Positions 1-12,317 of a stretch of DNA of 64,000 bases are shown here, one piece after another. Positions within the stretch are counted from its first letter, which is position 1, and each line of letters opens with the position of its first letter. Position numbers and translations under genes: made by a program. The DNA lies in NCBI GenBank assembly GCA_951406725.2, contig OX597819.1:43772001-43836000 (forward strand). Reading direction: 5' to 3'. The stretch comes from Octopus vulgaris. Taxonomy: Eukaryota. Below the pieces are notes generated by a model. It searched no databases. It was given only the letters and a program-made list of their open reading frames with translations, and had not been told where the DNA came from.

Positions 1-18
1 TAATAATGATATAATAAG

Positions 19-810
19 TTTCATAGGGATGTTGAAGATAAGACAGAGAAAAAAGATGGCTATGGATGACTAAAAGCGATTTAAAACCAGAAACGAATGC
101 TCTAATCTGTGCTGCCCAAGAGCAAGCACGGAGAACAAATTACATTAAATACAGAAGAGATAACACATCAGAAAGTGATAAGTGCAGAATATGTAGACAG
201 TATCGTGAAACCGTATGGCATATTACTAACCAATGTACGCCACTTGCCCAGAATGAATATAAGAGACGCCATGACAATATATTGGTCACTTTGCAATAAG
301 TATGGACTTGACAGAGCAAAAAAGTGGTGCGAACATAAACCCGAAGGCATAATCAAAAATGATTATGTAAAAATTATATGGGATTTTATGATTCAGCGCG
401 ACTGTGAGATAGAGAATAGGCAGCCAGGCATAGTGTTAATTGAGAAAAAAAGCAAACGATACTGGATCATAGATATAGCGTACCCAGCTGACAAGGTATG
501 CGATAAGGAAGAAAGAAAAGTCGATAGATATGACAGGTTAACGTGGGAGGTTAAGCAGTTGTGGTCGATGAAAAAGGTGGTGGTATTACCAATAATTGTC
601 GGAGCCCTGGGAACAGTGAGTAAAACTCTTGCGAAGTACATGGAACGAATAGCGGCTGCAATAAGGGTGGAGCACTTGCAGAAAACAACACTGCTTGGAA
701 CCGCTTGAATATTCCAGATGGTGCTCGAAAAATAAGGGGTGTTACTTTAATTCACTGGTAGTGAATAGCTGGCACCGTAGTACATCTCCAGCGTTAGAAG
801 CTGTGCAAAG
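19..810 (+). mobile_element. 5'-truncated R4/Dong-clade non-LTR retrotransposon, 3' end (CCHC knuckle + restriction-like endonuclease), pseudogenised
   Basis: ORF 66-299 has CRICRQYRETVWHITNQC..EYKRRHDN (CCHC + RHD). Frameshifted ORF 109-708 has IIWDFMIQRD..NRQPGIVLIEKK..IIDIAYP..KVDRY..LPIIVGALG..LQKTTLLGTA (PD..D RLE). TAATAA lies upstream and (TAA)n follows at 811-1030. Confidence 0.9.
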
Positions 811-826
811 ATAATAAATAATAATG

Positions 827-887
<61 letters not shown>

Positions 888-916
888 TAATAATAATAAT
901 GATAATAATAATAATG

Positions 917-989
<73 letters not shown>

Positions 990-1030
990 TGATGATGATG
1001 ATAATAATAATAATAATAACAATAATAATA
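811..1030. repeat. (TAA)n/(TGA)n microsatellite
   Basis: Read directly; shared tail-to-tail by the Dong fragment and the SINE-A trimer. Confidence 0.98.
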
Positions 1031-1583
1031 CTTTCTATTGGAAGCGCAAGGCCTCAAATTCGGAGGAAGGAATTAAGTCGATGTCCTCGACCCCTGTGTG
1101 TAACTGGTACTAATTTTATCGACCCCGAAAGGATAAGAAGCTAAGTCGACACCGGCGGAATTTGAACTCAGAACATTAAGACAGATGAAATACCCACAAG
1201 AGGCTAAACACAGAGAGAACAAACAAGGACAGACAAACGGATTAAGTCGATCATATCGACCCCAGTGCGTAACTGGTACTTATTTAATCGACCCCGAAAG
1301 GATGAAAGGTAAAGTCGACCTCGGCGGAATTTGAACTCAGAACGTAGCGGCAGACGAAATAACTATTTCTTTATTACCCACAACGGGCTAAACATAGAGG
1401 GGGCAAACAAGGACAGACATAGGTATTAAGTCGATTACATCGACCCCAGTGCGTAACTGGTACTTAATTTATCGACCCCGAAAGGATGAAAGGCAAAGTC
1501 GACCTCGGCGGAATTTGAACTCACAACGTAACGGCAGACGAAATACCGCTAAGCATTTCGCCCGGTGTGCTAACGATTCTGCC
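1031..1583 (-). mobile_element. tRNA-derived SINE family A (Deu/Nin-like central domain), tandem trimer
   Basis: Reverse strand reads GGCAGAATCGTTAGC..GAGTTCAAATTCCGCCGAGGTCGACTTTGCCTTTCATCCTTTCGGGGTCGATAAATTAAGTACCAG. The core occurs three times (near 1090, 1260, 1445); only one unit has the A-box head. Confidence 0.85.
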
Positions 1584-1647
<64 letters not shown>

Positions 1648-1966
1648 TGATGATAGTAATAATAATAATGAAAATAATAAGTATAAGTATAAAAAAACAA
1701 TACCATTAATAACGACTAAAACTACAAGAACAAGATCAAGAACAACAACACCAACTAAAAGAACAATATTAACAACAATAACGGGAAGAAGCAGAAGAAG
1801 AAGAACAACAACAACAGCATATGAAAATCAAAGCTATTAACTCCAATTTCAATAAGAGCGAGAAGCAGATTAAAAACGATATTATATTACTAACATCAAG
1901 TCTGTAAAGATGGTAGTCTATACATTCATAGTTATTTCAAGAAATACCGTTCTGCATTCATTATTA

Positions 1967-2046
<80 letters not shown>

Positions 2047-2149
2047 ATGATTTCTATTATTATCATTATTATTATTATTATTATAGATGTTGATGTCATT
2101 CATATCATTATTATTACTATTATCATTCTTATTAATATGATTTCTATTA

Positions 2150-2216
<67 letters not shown>

Positions 2217-2312
2217 CATTATTATTAATATTATTATTATTATTATTATTCTTATTATTATCATCATCATCATCATCATCATCGTCATTATTATTATTAG
2301 TTATAATTATTA
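1584..2312. repeat. (TAA)n then (TTA)n/(TCA)n microsatellite tracts
   Basis: Read directly (1584-1670 and 1958-2312). Confidence 0.95.
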
Positions 2313-2534
2313 ATACACTTTTTTTAAAAAGTACTTTTGTTGTTGTTTTAATCGGTCCATAACACATTATTAATATTCAAATAGAAAGATTAATTAATTT
2401 ATGAATTAAAAAAAAAAAATTAATGACAGGAAAAAATATTAAAAAAATAACAAACTGAAACGAAAAAAGTGTTTGGTTTTAATTAATTTCGGTTTTCCAA
2501 GATTAAATTCTAAAGTAAAATATGAAATATATAC

Positions 2535-2605
2535 ATGTATGTATGTATGTGTGTGTGTATGTATGTATGTATGTATGTATGTATGTATGTATGTATGTAT
2601 GTATG

Positions 2606-2639
<34 letters not shown>

Positions 2640-2831
2640 TGTATGTATGTATGCATGTATGCATGCATGCATGTATGTATGTATGTATGTATGTATGTAT
2701 GTATGTATGTATGTATTTATGTATGTATGTGTGTGCATGTACGTATATGTCTGTGTGTGTTTTTATGTATGCGTGTGCATTTATATGTATATATGTATAT
2801 GTATGTATTGTATGTATGTCTTTATGCATGC

Positions 2832-2882
<51 letters not shown>
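2535..2882. repeat. (TATG)n/(TA)n compound microsatellite
   Basis: Read directly; representative of dozens of similar tracts in the window. Confidence 0.95.
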
Positions 2883-2884
<2 letters not shown>

Positions 2885-4374
2885 AGTATACACACGCATA
2901 TATAATGTGTATTTATGAGTACATAAATGAATGGTACAGGATACTTTTATTCCAACTGTCAGCTATTGTATATGCTTAAACACACATGCGCGCGCACTTA
3001 TATACATATGGGTGTGTGTTGCGTGTGTGAATGTATATACATATGTATATATAAACATATGTTTTATAAAGGTCAGGTCAAACTTTTAAATTAAAAGCAA
3101 GTACATGTATTACATGGCCACGCTTCTTACACATTTATGACTAGCACATACATATGCACCTTTACTCGCAAAGTGATTTAACTACATGTACATACAAGCA
3201 CACACATACACCTACACATACATATACATACAGAATAGGTAGATAGATAGGGACAGAGGAAGTGGAGAAGGAGTGTGAAGGGTAGAAGGGGAAGGATCGA
3301 TAGAAATTAAGATAGTAAACCGTGGGTATTTGGAATAAATAAATTTATTATATTCCCTCTTACGAAACCAAAGAAAATTATTATAAATCTGATATTTCTG
3401 CAAAAAAGGGGACAAGAGCCAAAAAAAAAAAAAAACGTTCGACAAACTTGTGAATTATATGACCTTCAAAATTTCTTCCGAACTCTGATCTTTCGTTCAG
3501 AGCACTCTATCATGTGCACCATTATAATGAAGAGAATATTTGTATCAGCTGATACAAATTTACTGATACTGATTTCTAGGAATTTTCAGATCACGAAAGC
3601 TACAGAACGGAAAAGGTATATGTGACTGGACAAATAAGCTTCAAAATAAAAATAAATAAAGAATAAAATGATAGACAGAATTCAATACTTCACCGCAAGT
3701 GTGACCAGGTTGTGTTTTCACCTGTATTTTGGGTTTGCCTAAAAATAACTTATTTAATTTTTTGAGACTGACTGCAATGAATAATTTATTCCAACTCCGT
3801 ACCGTACGGTTTTCATATTTTTATTAACTTACCTAGTGAGTTAACATGATACCCCTGTATGATTGTTGAACATTTTCAAATATACATAAATACACGCTTA
3901 ACCGGATGACGAAGAAAGGGAAAAGAAAAAAAAAAGAACGAAGAACGAAGACATAGTTTTACTGTTATTAAATAGCAGGACAACTGGACATCAATTTTTA
4001 ATGAAGATTCCTTTACTCTTCGGTAAGGGAAGTAATGGAATGATAAAACCTGTGTATTCACCTATAAGAATTTATTCCTCGAAAGCTCCAGAACAAGGAA
4101 TGTACACATATTAAACAAGGCTTTAAATGAAAGATCAGAATTCGAAAGAAACTCTTTAAAACCGCTAATTCACTTGACCTACCTGGATGACGTGCTAATG
4201 CTGAAATATCAGATGAACAAACGAATGACATATTTGAATTATCGAGATTAAGAGCCATGAATAATTTATCATCACATCGCACTGCGCGGTTTTATTATGT
4301 TTCCTTAAATTGTCTCTACGTTGTGTTGCCACATTGTATGTATGTATGTATGCATGAGTACGTGTATATATATA

Positions 4375-5640
4375 CAGGGTGCGTAAGATGTTTGAAAACA
4401 GATTTATGTTTATAAAAAAAAACAGATATATAATAACAGGTAAAAACTTTATCGAAAAATGCTACGAGGATAAAAATACACCTTTTCTATAAAATTATTC
4501 AATAAAGCCACCTTCAGTTTCAACAACTGATTCTATATGTGATCTGAATCATCTACATGCTTGAATCAAGTGGTCCTGGTTCATTTTGGACATTACTCTG
4601 ACTATGGCAGCTTTCAAAGAATCTTTGATCTTATGGGCGTGTTCATTGACCTCTTTTCAACAACGCTTTACATATAATACATATAATGGATTGAGATCTG
4701 GGGAATTAGGAGGCCAAATGTCAGGGGTTATGTGCTACTAGAGCCATGTGTGATAGTACGGAGTCTTACTGAAACACATGGCCTTTCATTGCATACACCG
4801 TCTATCCAGAGCTCAACAATTATTTCCTGGGCCTCAATGTAGGCGGCAGAGTTAACTCTAAGGCCTTGTGGAAAGAAGTAAGGAGGCATCACATCTCCTT
4901 CATTGCTGACAATCCCTAAAACCATGACAGTTGCAGGAAATTTTGGATGCATAACACTTGGAACTTCAGAAGGGTCTGCACATAACCATCTGTCATTTCT
5001 TCTGTTAACTTTTTGATCTTGGTCGAAGTTTTTCTCGTTTGAGAAAAACTAAATCAACTTTTCTTCTGCTGGATTTTTCAGTTTGTTAAAGAGCCTTTTA
5101 GATCTGATATAGTGATTTTCTTTTGCTTTTTCTGACAAACTGACCTTTCCTCATCATATAAGACTTACATCTGATGTATTCGTGGACAACATTTCTGATT
5201 GTTCTTTCTGATACATGGAGATCTTTTGCAATTGACCTCATGGATTTTCATGGGATTGTAATCAATGGTCTATTGAACTTGCTGGATAAATTCAAGTGTT
5301 CTGATGATTTCAGAGCATTTAAAATGCTTTTTATGCTTTGATAGTGGTGATACGTTTCCTTCAGTCTCTGATGATTTCAGAGCATTTAAAATGCTTTTTA
5401 TGCTTTGATAGTGGTGATACGTTTCCTTCAGTCTCTAGCCCCTAACAAACTCTGTAGATAAAAGATCTGGCAACTTTTAAAAATCAAGATATTTCTAAAT
5501 CGCTATGCTCAGCCTTTATAGCCACAATAACAGCATGTATCTCCATTTCTTGAGTAAGCTGAGGGTCTGCCAGTATTATTTTCTTAAACAAAGATTATAC
5601 GGAGTTTACAAAAAATGCAGCAATGAGCCCAAAAATCTAT
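4375..5640 (-). mobile_element. Degenerate IS630-Tc1-mariner transposon, DD37D/maT-like
   Basis: TA|CAGGGTGC terminus at 4375. Minus-strand peptides FFSNEKNFDQDQKVNRRNDRWL, HPKFPATVMVLGIVSNEGDVMPPYFFPQGLRVNSAAY and DIWPPNSPDLNPL; stops and frameshifts. Confidence 0.85.
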
Positions 5641-5724
5641 GTCTTCAAATACTTTACGCACGCATCTCGGCTCGTACAGCAAATTATTCGTACAATGGTG
5701 CACTCGTACTGCGAGATTCTACTG

Positions 5725-5758
<34 letters not shown>

Positions 5759-5763
<5 letters not shown>

Positions 5764-7209
5764 CCAGAACTACGCTAATAGCTTAGGAGTGAAATTTAGG
5801 GTTTCTCGGTTTTTTGTTAATCGATTTTAATAAAACTTTTTCCAGCTGGTTTTCACGTTATGGTAACACCATTGTCATATTTTTTATTATTCTGTGTAGC
5901 GCCTGTTCTTTTTTATTTCAGATTCTTCAGTTTTTAGGCGAACCACGCTAATAGCGTCTCTCCTCTCTAAGAACAATGGAGCGTGGAAAGTCTGTCTTCA
6001 AGGAAAGTGCTAAAGGCATCTCTCTACATGTCATTGCGGAGAACTTAGGTCGTTATGTGGACACGGTTAGACGATACCTGAAAGATCCTTCGCCAAAGAA
6101 GAAACGCCGCAATTTACGCGGGAAACTTGGACAAACAAGCAAAGCCATTTTCGCCGCCTCCGGACTTCCTCATGTTCTGAAAACCACCAGAAATCGCATC
6201 CTCGAGACCATGGTTTCCGTGCGAGAACACCTGGAACTGCCTCCTTTAATGCCCCGTCACAGGAGGTTGAAGCCAAAAGTACATGACGTTAGACATGAGT
6301 TGTGTTCAGTTCGCTGACGAAACCAGGGCGACCCTTGACAGACCTGACGGTTGAGTAAACGTTTAGTCTACTTTGGAGATGAGTGTCACAGTCGTTTACG
6401 ACGTCAATAGCAGGGTGGGGGAGTCATGTTGTGGGCTGGTATAATTGGGGACTGACTTGTTGGCCCAGTCAGGGTGCCTGAAGGTGTTAAAGTGACCGCA
6501 GCCGCCTACTGCAGTCTCCTGAAGGAAGTCTTGGATCCCTGGTTAGATGACATATCGCAGTCACTTCTAAGGAATCTCGTATTGATGCATGACAACGCTC
6601 CCTCCCACTTTGCTAGGACCACCCAAAAATTACTAGTGTCTTACGGTATAAAGGGTGAAAGAGTGATCCAGCATCTCTGGATCTCAACCCTGTCGAAAAT
6701 CTTTGGTCCATCAGTAAACAAAATGTTTATGCCGATGGACGCAAATTTACGTCGAAAGATGTCTAATAGGCACCATCAATGTCGCAACAGAGGCAGTCCA
6801 ACCTACTACTATTAAGAAATTGACATATTCCATGACTAATTGGGTTTTTGAAGTTATCTTTCGAAATGGCGCTCACGTGGCTAGATAATTATGTCAATAA
6901 ATGTTATAATATTGTTATGGTTTTCTGTTAAATATATACTCAATGTATGCTTGATATGTATCATTACCCTTCATTTTTCTGGAAAAAAAATGTCTAGATG
7001 GGCTATTTTCATCCATAAGCTATTAGGATGGTTCAGTCCAAAACTGAAGAATCTGAAATACAAAAGAAAGGATGTTACACACAGAATAATGAAGACATAA
7101 CTTTTCCCATAGTGTGCAAATCAGCTGGGAAAAGTTTTATCAAAATCGATTCACAGAAAACTGAGAAATACTAAATTTCACTCCTAAGCTATTATCGCGG
7201 TTCTTGGTG
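5759..7209 (+). mobile_element. Tc1-family (DD34E-type) transposon with ~200-bp terminal inverted repeats, transposase disrupted
   Basis: Left TIR ~5759-5955 matches the reverse complement of ~7015-7209 (TAATAGCTTAGGAGTGAAATTTAG..AATCGATTTT..ATTTCAGATTCTTCAGTTTT); TA on both sides. Peptides FADETRATLDRPDG, GGGVMLWAGI, LMHDNAPSH, DLNPVENLW. Confidence 0.92.
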
Positions 7210-7252
7210 TATATATAGATACACACACCTGTGTATACATATATATGAATTC

Positions 7253-7284
<32 letters not shown>

Positions 7285-8512
7285 GTATGTATATATATAT
7301 TTGCACACGCAAATATATGTATATACACACAAATAGATACATTGATATATATATATATATATTTGTATATTCATACGTGTGCATGTGTGCGTGTGTGTAT
7401 GTTGTTTCTATGTTCATGTGTGAGAGTTTGTGTATTTGTATATAAATCACTATGTAGCTTGTTCTTTAGCGTACGCTGAAACTCCTGCACGCTTACATTC
7501 ATCACACCCAACCACGCTAATACACATTTATAAAGTCATAGATTTATTCCTATCCTGTATAGAAAAAAAGAAAAACGATGCGCAATCATACAGGTCAGAT
7601 GCCTCCCAGATGTGTGAACATTTTCTGTTTTTGTTTTCAAAAACAGCATGAGAGAATATTTACAGATAACTGCATGAAAACCTAGAGATTTCTCGACCGA
7701 GCTTATGTATAAATATTAACACCTTTAATTATTTTGATTCTTGCAAACGTTAATAACTATGCAAGGCCAATCTTGAAAAGCTTGCGGTTCTGTGTAAGCA
7801 GAATAGTAAAACCATGCAAGATTTTCCTTCTCAGGTCCAGTATGTGACTCTTTTTCGTTTGTGTTATCGGAAATCAAGCGATGGTGCTTTGCTTTTTAGT
7901 TAGAAACCAAATCCTGATTTTTATTAAGTATTTAAATAATTCGTAAAGGAAGATAGCACATCAGTATATATATATATGTATGTGCGCGCGTGTGTGTGTA
8001 TGTGTGTGTGTGTGTGTGTTTGAATGTATGTATGTATACACATACTTATAATAATACATCGAATGATGTCAGAGACTCACTGCGCATGACACATTTCCAC
8101 AATTTAACTTTTCCTCTTTCGCAAGAGCAAGATCCTCTTTTATTTTATACGGCAAAGAAAACTTACAAAAGCCAAGATATTTCTTTCTTGGTTTTATCTA
8201 TTTAGCAAGAAAAACTATTTTTTTTTATCACTTCTAGATTAAAATGTATTAGATCACGCAAATTGAAAACATGCAGTTGTGTATTGTTGAAAGGCATGGT
8301 GGAGAAACACACACACACGCACACAGACGCAGACAGACAGACAGACAGACACACATGCGCACGCACACACTAAATCTCTACCTCTCTCTCTCTCACACAC
8401 ACACAAAACAGACAAAGGTGCAGACAAACACAAACACAGATATACCAACACACACATGCGTACATAGGCATACATAAATACATGTTATGGTGTGTGTGTT
8501 TGCATATATGCG

Positions 8513-8553
<41 letters not shown>

Positions 8554-8619
8554 ATATTTGTGTGTGTATATTTGTGTGTGTATGTGCGTGTATATATATA
8601 TATACATATATATATATAC

Positions 8620-8676
<57 letters not shown>

Positions 8677-10454
8677 CATGCGTATATATGTATGTATACA
8701 CTCACACACATATATACATGCATATCTATGAGTGTGTACACATAAGTACATACATACACGAATAAATACATATATACATAGATACATGCATGCATGCGTA
8801 CATACATATATACATGCTTACATATTCATACATACATAAATATATGTATGTATGCATGTATGTATGTATGTATGTATGTATGTATGTATGTATGTATGTA
8901 TGTATGTATGTATGTATATATGTAAGTATATGCATATAGTGCCACACTGCGTGCGTTGGACGAAAGGTATTACAAACGTGTATAAAAATAAATATTTGCA
9001 ACTTTAGTCTAATATGTTATCAGCTTTTCCCTCCTAAATGTGTATTAGGGTGTATATTCTCTCAGTAAGAGCAGCTTATATGTAATCTCGAGTGTGGCCT
9101 TTAGTCGAACTTGTAGGCTTCAACTCTGCCCTTCGTTTGATGCTGCAGCACATAGGAGAAGCATATGGAATCACGCTTATAGGAGTTGATGCTCACGTTG
9201 TCTGACGTTCAACATTTGATTGTCTTTATTTTTGCGGTATAATACGGAAAGATGGTAATTGCAAATCTGGCCCTCAGCAGTAAATGATTGAGTAAGGTTA
9301 TTACGGAGCTCTTGTTGCTGTCGTTAGCCTGAAAATCACGGAGCTATACTGAGCTAATGCCTTGCTAAATGAAAGGCGATGTCAATCAATCAGATTCTAC
9401 AGAACAGGAGGCCTGTTGCTGTGAGGTTGGTAGCAATGGTCACACAAAATCGATGTTCTAGGACAGAAAGGATCGGTTGCAATAGCAATGGTTGGAAGAA
9501 ATATTAGAAGGCTTTTTGCTTCGAAGAGCTGGAGAAGCAGAGAAAAGAATGTGGTGATGACAGCTCCAGTCACCGGAGAACTATCGTTCATTGTTCCGGA
9601 GGATGTTGCTGCAGTTATTCAACCAATCATACCATTGAATGCAGCTTGGTGAGTGAATGGAAAACTTTCCCCATCGTCGGTCCCAGAAGTGAACGGTGAT
9701 GCGCGTCCACTCGTGACACTGCTCTTTCATTATCGTTTTGATAAGGAGCGTAAAAAATAAAGTGAAATTTGACACCACCCTGCCAAAATACAAAATAAAA
9801 AGGAAATGACCTTATGGAGAAGGCAACAAAAATAGTTCAAGGTGTGGTTCGAAGGCACCGGCATATTTACACAGAGTTTGGAAAAAAATGGGCAATAAAT
9901 GGAAGAGGAAATTCCTTTTAATAGAACATTTATGAAAAGATAATATACTGCTTTGCGAAGAGGTGAGAACCTACGACACAGTATAGGTCGGAGACAGATT
10001 ACTTCTATGCATTTCATTATATATTTGTTGAACACCTTACCTAAACAACAATCAAGATGTGGACTATTTCTTACCTGGACCAACATCCGCTTTTTGTACG
10101 AACTGCTCACTCGCCTTTTCATCAATATTTGGTACCTGGACGAAATGATAATATGGAGAATTAAGATGATAAAGTCGTGGTGTGATCCGATCCAATCTAA
10201 GTCGACTAATTTCTTGTTATATCTTATTTTATGATAACTTTTTTTTTTCCTGAAGTCTTTTGTTTCTTCTATGTATTCATTCGATTTTGCAAACTTTCAT
10301 CTCGTTCCATATTTTGTATGACATCGCTATCCTTCTCTTTGGTTTTATATAATTTGTTTCAGTAGACCCATTCAGTAGACCCCTTTCATATAATTTGTTT
10401 CAGTAGACCCATACGTTGCTACAGTATGAATGAGCACCCTAGCAAATAGAAAAA

Positions 10455-10592
10455 TAAAACTTGGTGAGGTCAATTTTAATTTTCATTCCTCCAAGATCAA
10501 TAAAATAAAGTGTCAGTGAAGTATTGGGGTTGATGGTATCGACTGACTTCCGCTCCTAAAATTGGTGGCTTTGTGCCAAAATTTAAAATTGC
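10455..10592 (+). mobile_element. Decayed SINE-A fragment
   Basis: GAGGTCAATTTT..TTTCATTCC..GATCAATAAAATAAAG..GGGGTTGATGGTATCGACT..TTGTGCCAAAATTT resembles the family-A core and tail. Confidence 0.6.
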
Positions 10593-10620
10593 TGTTGTTA
10601 CTATTACTATTATTATTATT

Positions 10621-11181
10621 GAGTGAGAGAGCTGAGTATGTCATCAAAGCGACATTGGAGTGCAAATATACGAAGCCCAATATACCCATCATGACTATCT
10701 ATCTGACAAGGGTACACCAGGCACAGGCATCACAACCATATGTGCGCAACATGGTGATCTCATGACAAGATAAACAGTGCATGACCTTGCAGGTGGAGGC
10801 CAGTTAGAATTTTCTTTAAATCCTGCGGACCATACCGCTCAAAAGATCCCTGAATAAGTTTTATTTAAGGATGTTGAACAAAACACCTATGTTTCCAGAG
10901 ATGAATTATTCAAACGCCAAAGAATTCCTCTCATCACATCTCTAAGATACCACCCACTACTTCTGCTCGTGATCAGAGATGCACATATTGTCAACCTCCA
11001 AGGGACATGCTCAAATGGTTATGGTCAAACATCTTACAAGCAAATCTGCAGTATTGAGCAGCAGAATATTTGCTGTAGCCCATTTTTTACACCAAGACAA
11101 AACATGTACATGATAACACTTCCAATCGGTTAAGATTAGAAGCCATGAGAGCCACTGCCTGGTATTGCATCAGGGCATTTA
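10621..11181 (-). mobile_element. ~560-bp non-coding dispersed repeat with (TAA)n tail, copy 1
   Basis: Reverse complement aligns by eye along its length with 62478-63010; TTA repeats on both flanks. Confidence 0.8.
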
Positions 11182-11198
11182 TAATCATTATTATTATA

Positions 11199-11580
11199 TA
11201 ACTGTTCAATATTTGGTAGATTGAGGCAAATTTCTACAGCATCACCTGCTACACCTCCGTGCTGCTGGGATGTGCGCAGCATTGTATGTTTTTTTTTCTG
11301 TTGTTGGAAGTGTGCAAACTCTTCCCGGTTCTGTATTGTGTTAGTTTTTTTTTTCTCTTGAGGTGTGGTGCAGTTTTTTGTTGTGTTACTGCTTGTATTG
11401 TGTGTTGAGTGCGTAATGGTTTCGTGTTCTGGCTTGTTGGTGGAAGTTTATTTCACTGCGTCAATGCTGTATAGAATGTGTCGTTTACGCGTGGGTTGTT
11501 TTGTTTAGGTTGTATTATTGGATTGATAGTGTCTTGCGTAGGATGTCGGCTGTTCCTAGCAGGGCTATTTTATTTGGACA
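11199..11580 (-). mobile_element. R4/Dong-clade LINE extreme 3' end plus 3'UTR
   Basis: Minus-strand KIALLGTADILRKTLSIQ* matches the C-terminus of the 19-810 element; lies between (TTA)n at 11600-11675 and TTA repeats at 11187-11198. Confidence 0.75.
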
Positions 11581-11597
11581 GTGTGTTGTTGTTGTTG

Positions 11598-11676
<79 letters not shown>

Positions 11677-11884
11677 GCTTGCAAGAGAAATACCTCGTCT
11701 TGGCACTCATAAGTTAGAGAATTTTGTTCTCTTGAAAAAAGCAATTTTAGTTTTTGTTGTACTATATTTTTCCTACACCACCGCGAGACTAAAGTAAAAT
11801 CAAAAGAGGTTTAGTAAGGTCTTAACGCTATAAAAAAATAAGGAAACATACTTAGAAATTTAGAAGAGGTGCCTAAAAAACGCA

Positions 11885-12317
11885 CCTTGGAAAGAGGTTT
11901 TGTGGTGGACCAAAGCGACAGAAGACAGACACTTTACTCTTTGGTCAAACCCTCATGAACATTCACTGGAAACGGAAAGTGAGTGTAGAGAGAGATATGC
12001 AACGTTCCAACAATCTGTTAAAATATGGACAGACTTGTAAGGATGGTCCAAATGAATCAGTCTGTTCTGAGCATGCACCTGTAGATTTCGAGAGGTGAAT
12101 GAAGGGAAGACACTTGCCCTAGTTGTCAGGGTTACCGTGGTTTTGTGGGAATTTCACGGGCGATCAGATGCCTACATACTTTTAGCAAATTATTCGTTGT
12201 TAAAATTTTATTGTTTATTCATTGATTTTGTCGTAAATACCCCTCTGTGTGGAGTTCTTTTTCTGATTGTCTTATCTACTCATTTATGTGGCCCTTATGG
12301 CCAAAATTGAAGCAATT
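11885..12317 (+). mobile_element. Tx1/L1-like LINE 3' end, decayed
   Basis: KEVLWWTK / QKTDTLLFGQTLMNIHWKRKV matches KEVVWWTR..RTDTFLFGRALIDFFKCHLKRKL of the 61150-61862 element. Confidence 0.6.

Noticed and set aside
1031-1583. CRISPR-like or satellite array
   Set aside because: Units are ~170-185-bp SINE bodies without unique spacers; eukaryotic context and no cas genes.
747-2979. Numerous ORFs of poly-I/L/Y/N and YVCM/HTYI repeats here and throughout the window
   Set aside because: They are translations of stop-free microsatellites, with no domain content or splice evidence.
3440-4320. Complex AT-rich stretch as a possible host exon
   Set aside because: All frames I read are interrupted by stops and show no recognisable motif; more likely decayed TE.
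5301-5436. Tandem CTGATGA boxes suggesting a dimeric hammerhead
   Set aside because: No stem II followed by GAAA; the sequence is the antisense of transposase coding DNA.
12255-12317. Similarity between the Tx1-like 3' end and SINE-A tail alpha (possible LINE-SINE partner)
   Set aside because: Only a short GCCCTT(A/G)TGG-type resemblance by eye; too weak without consensus alignment.
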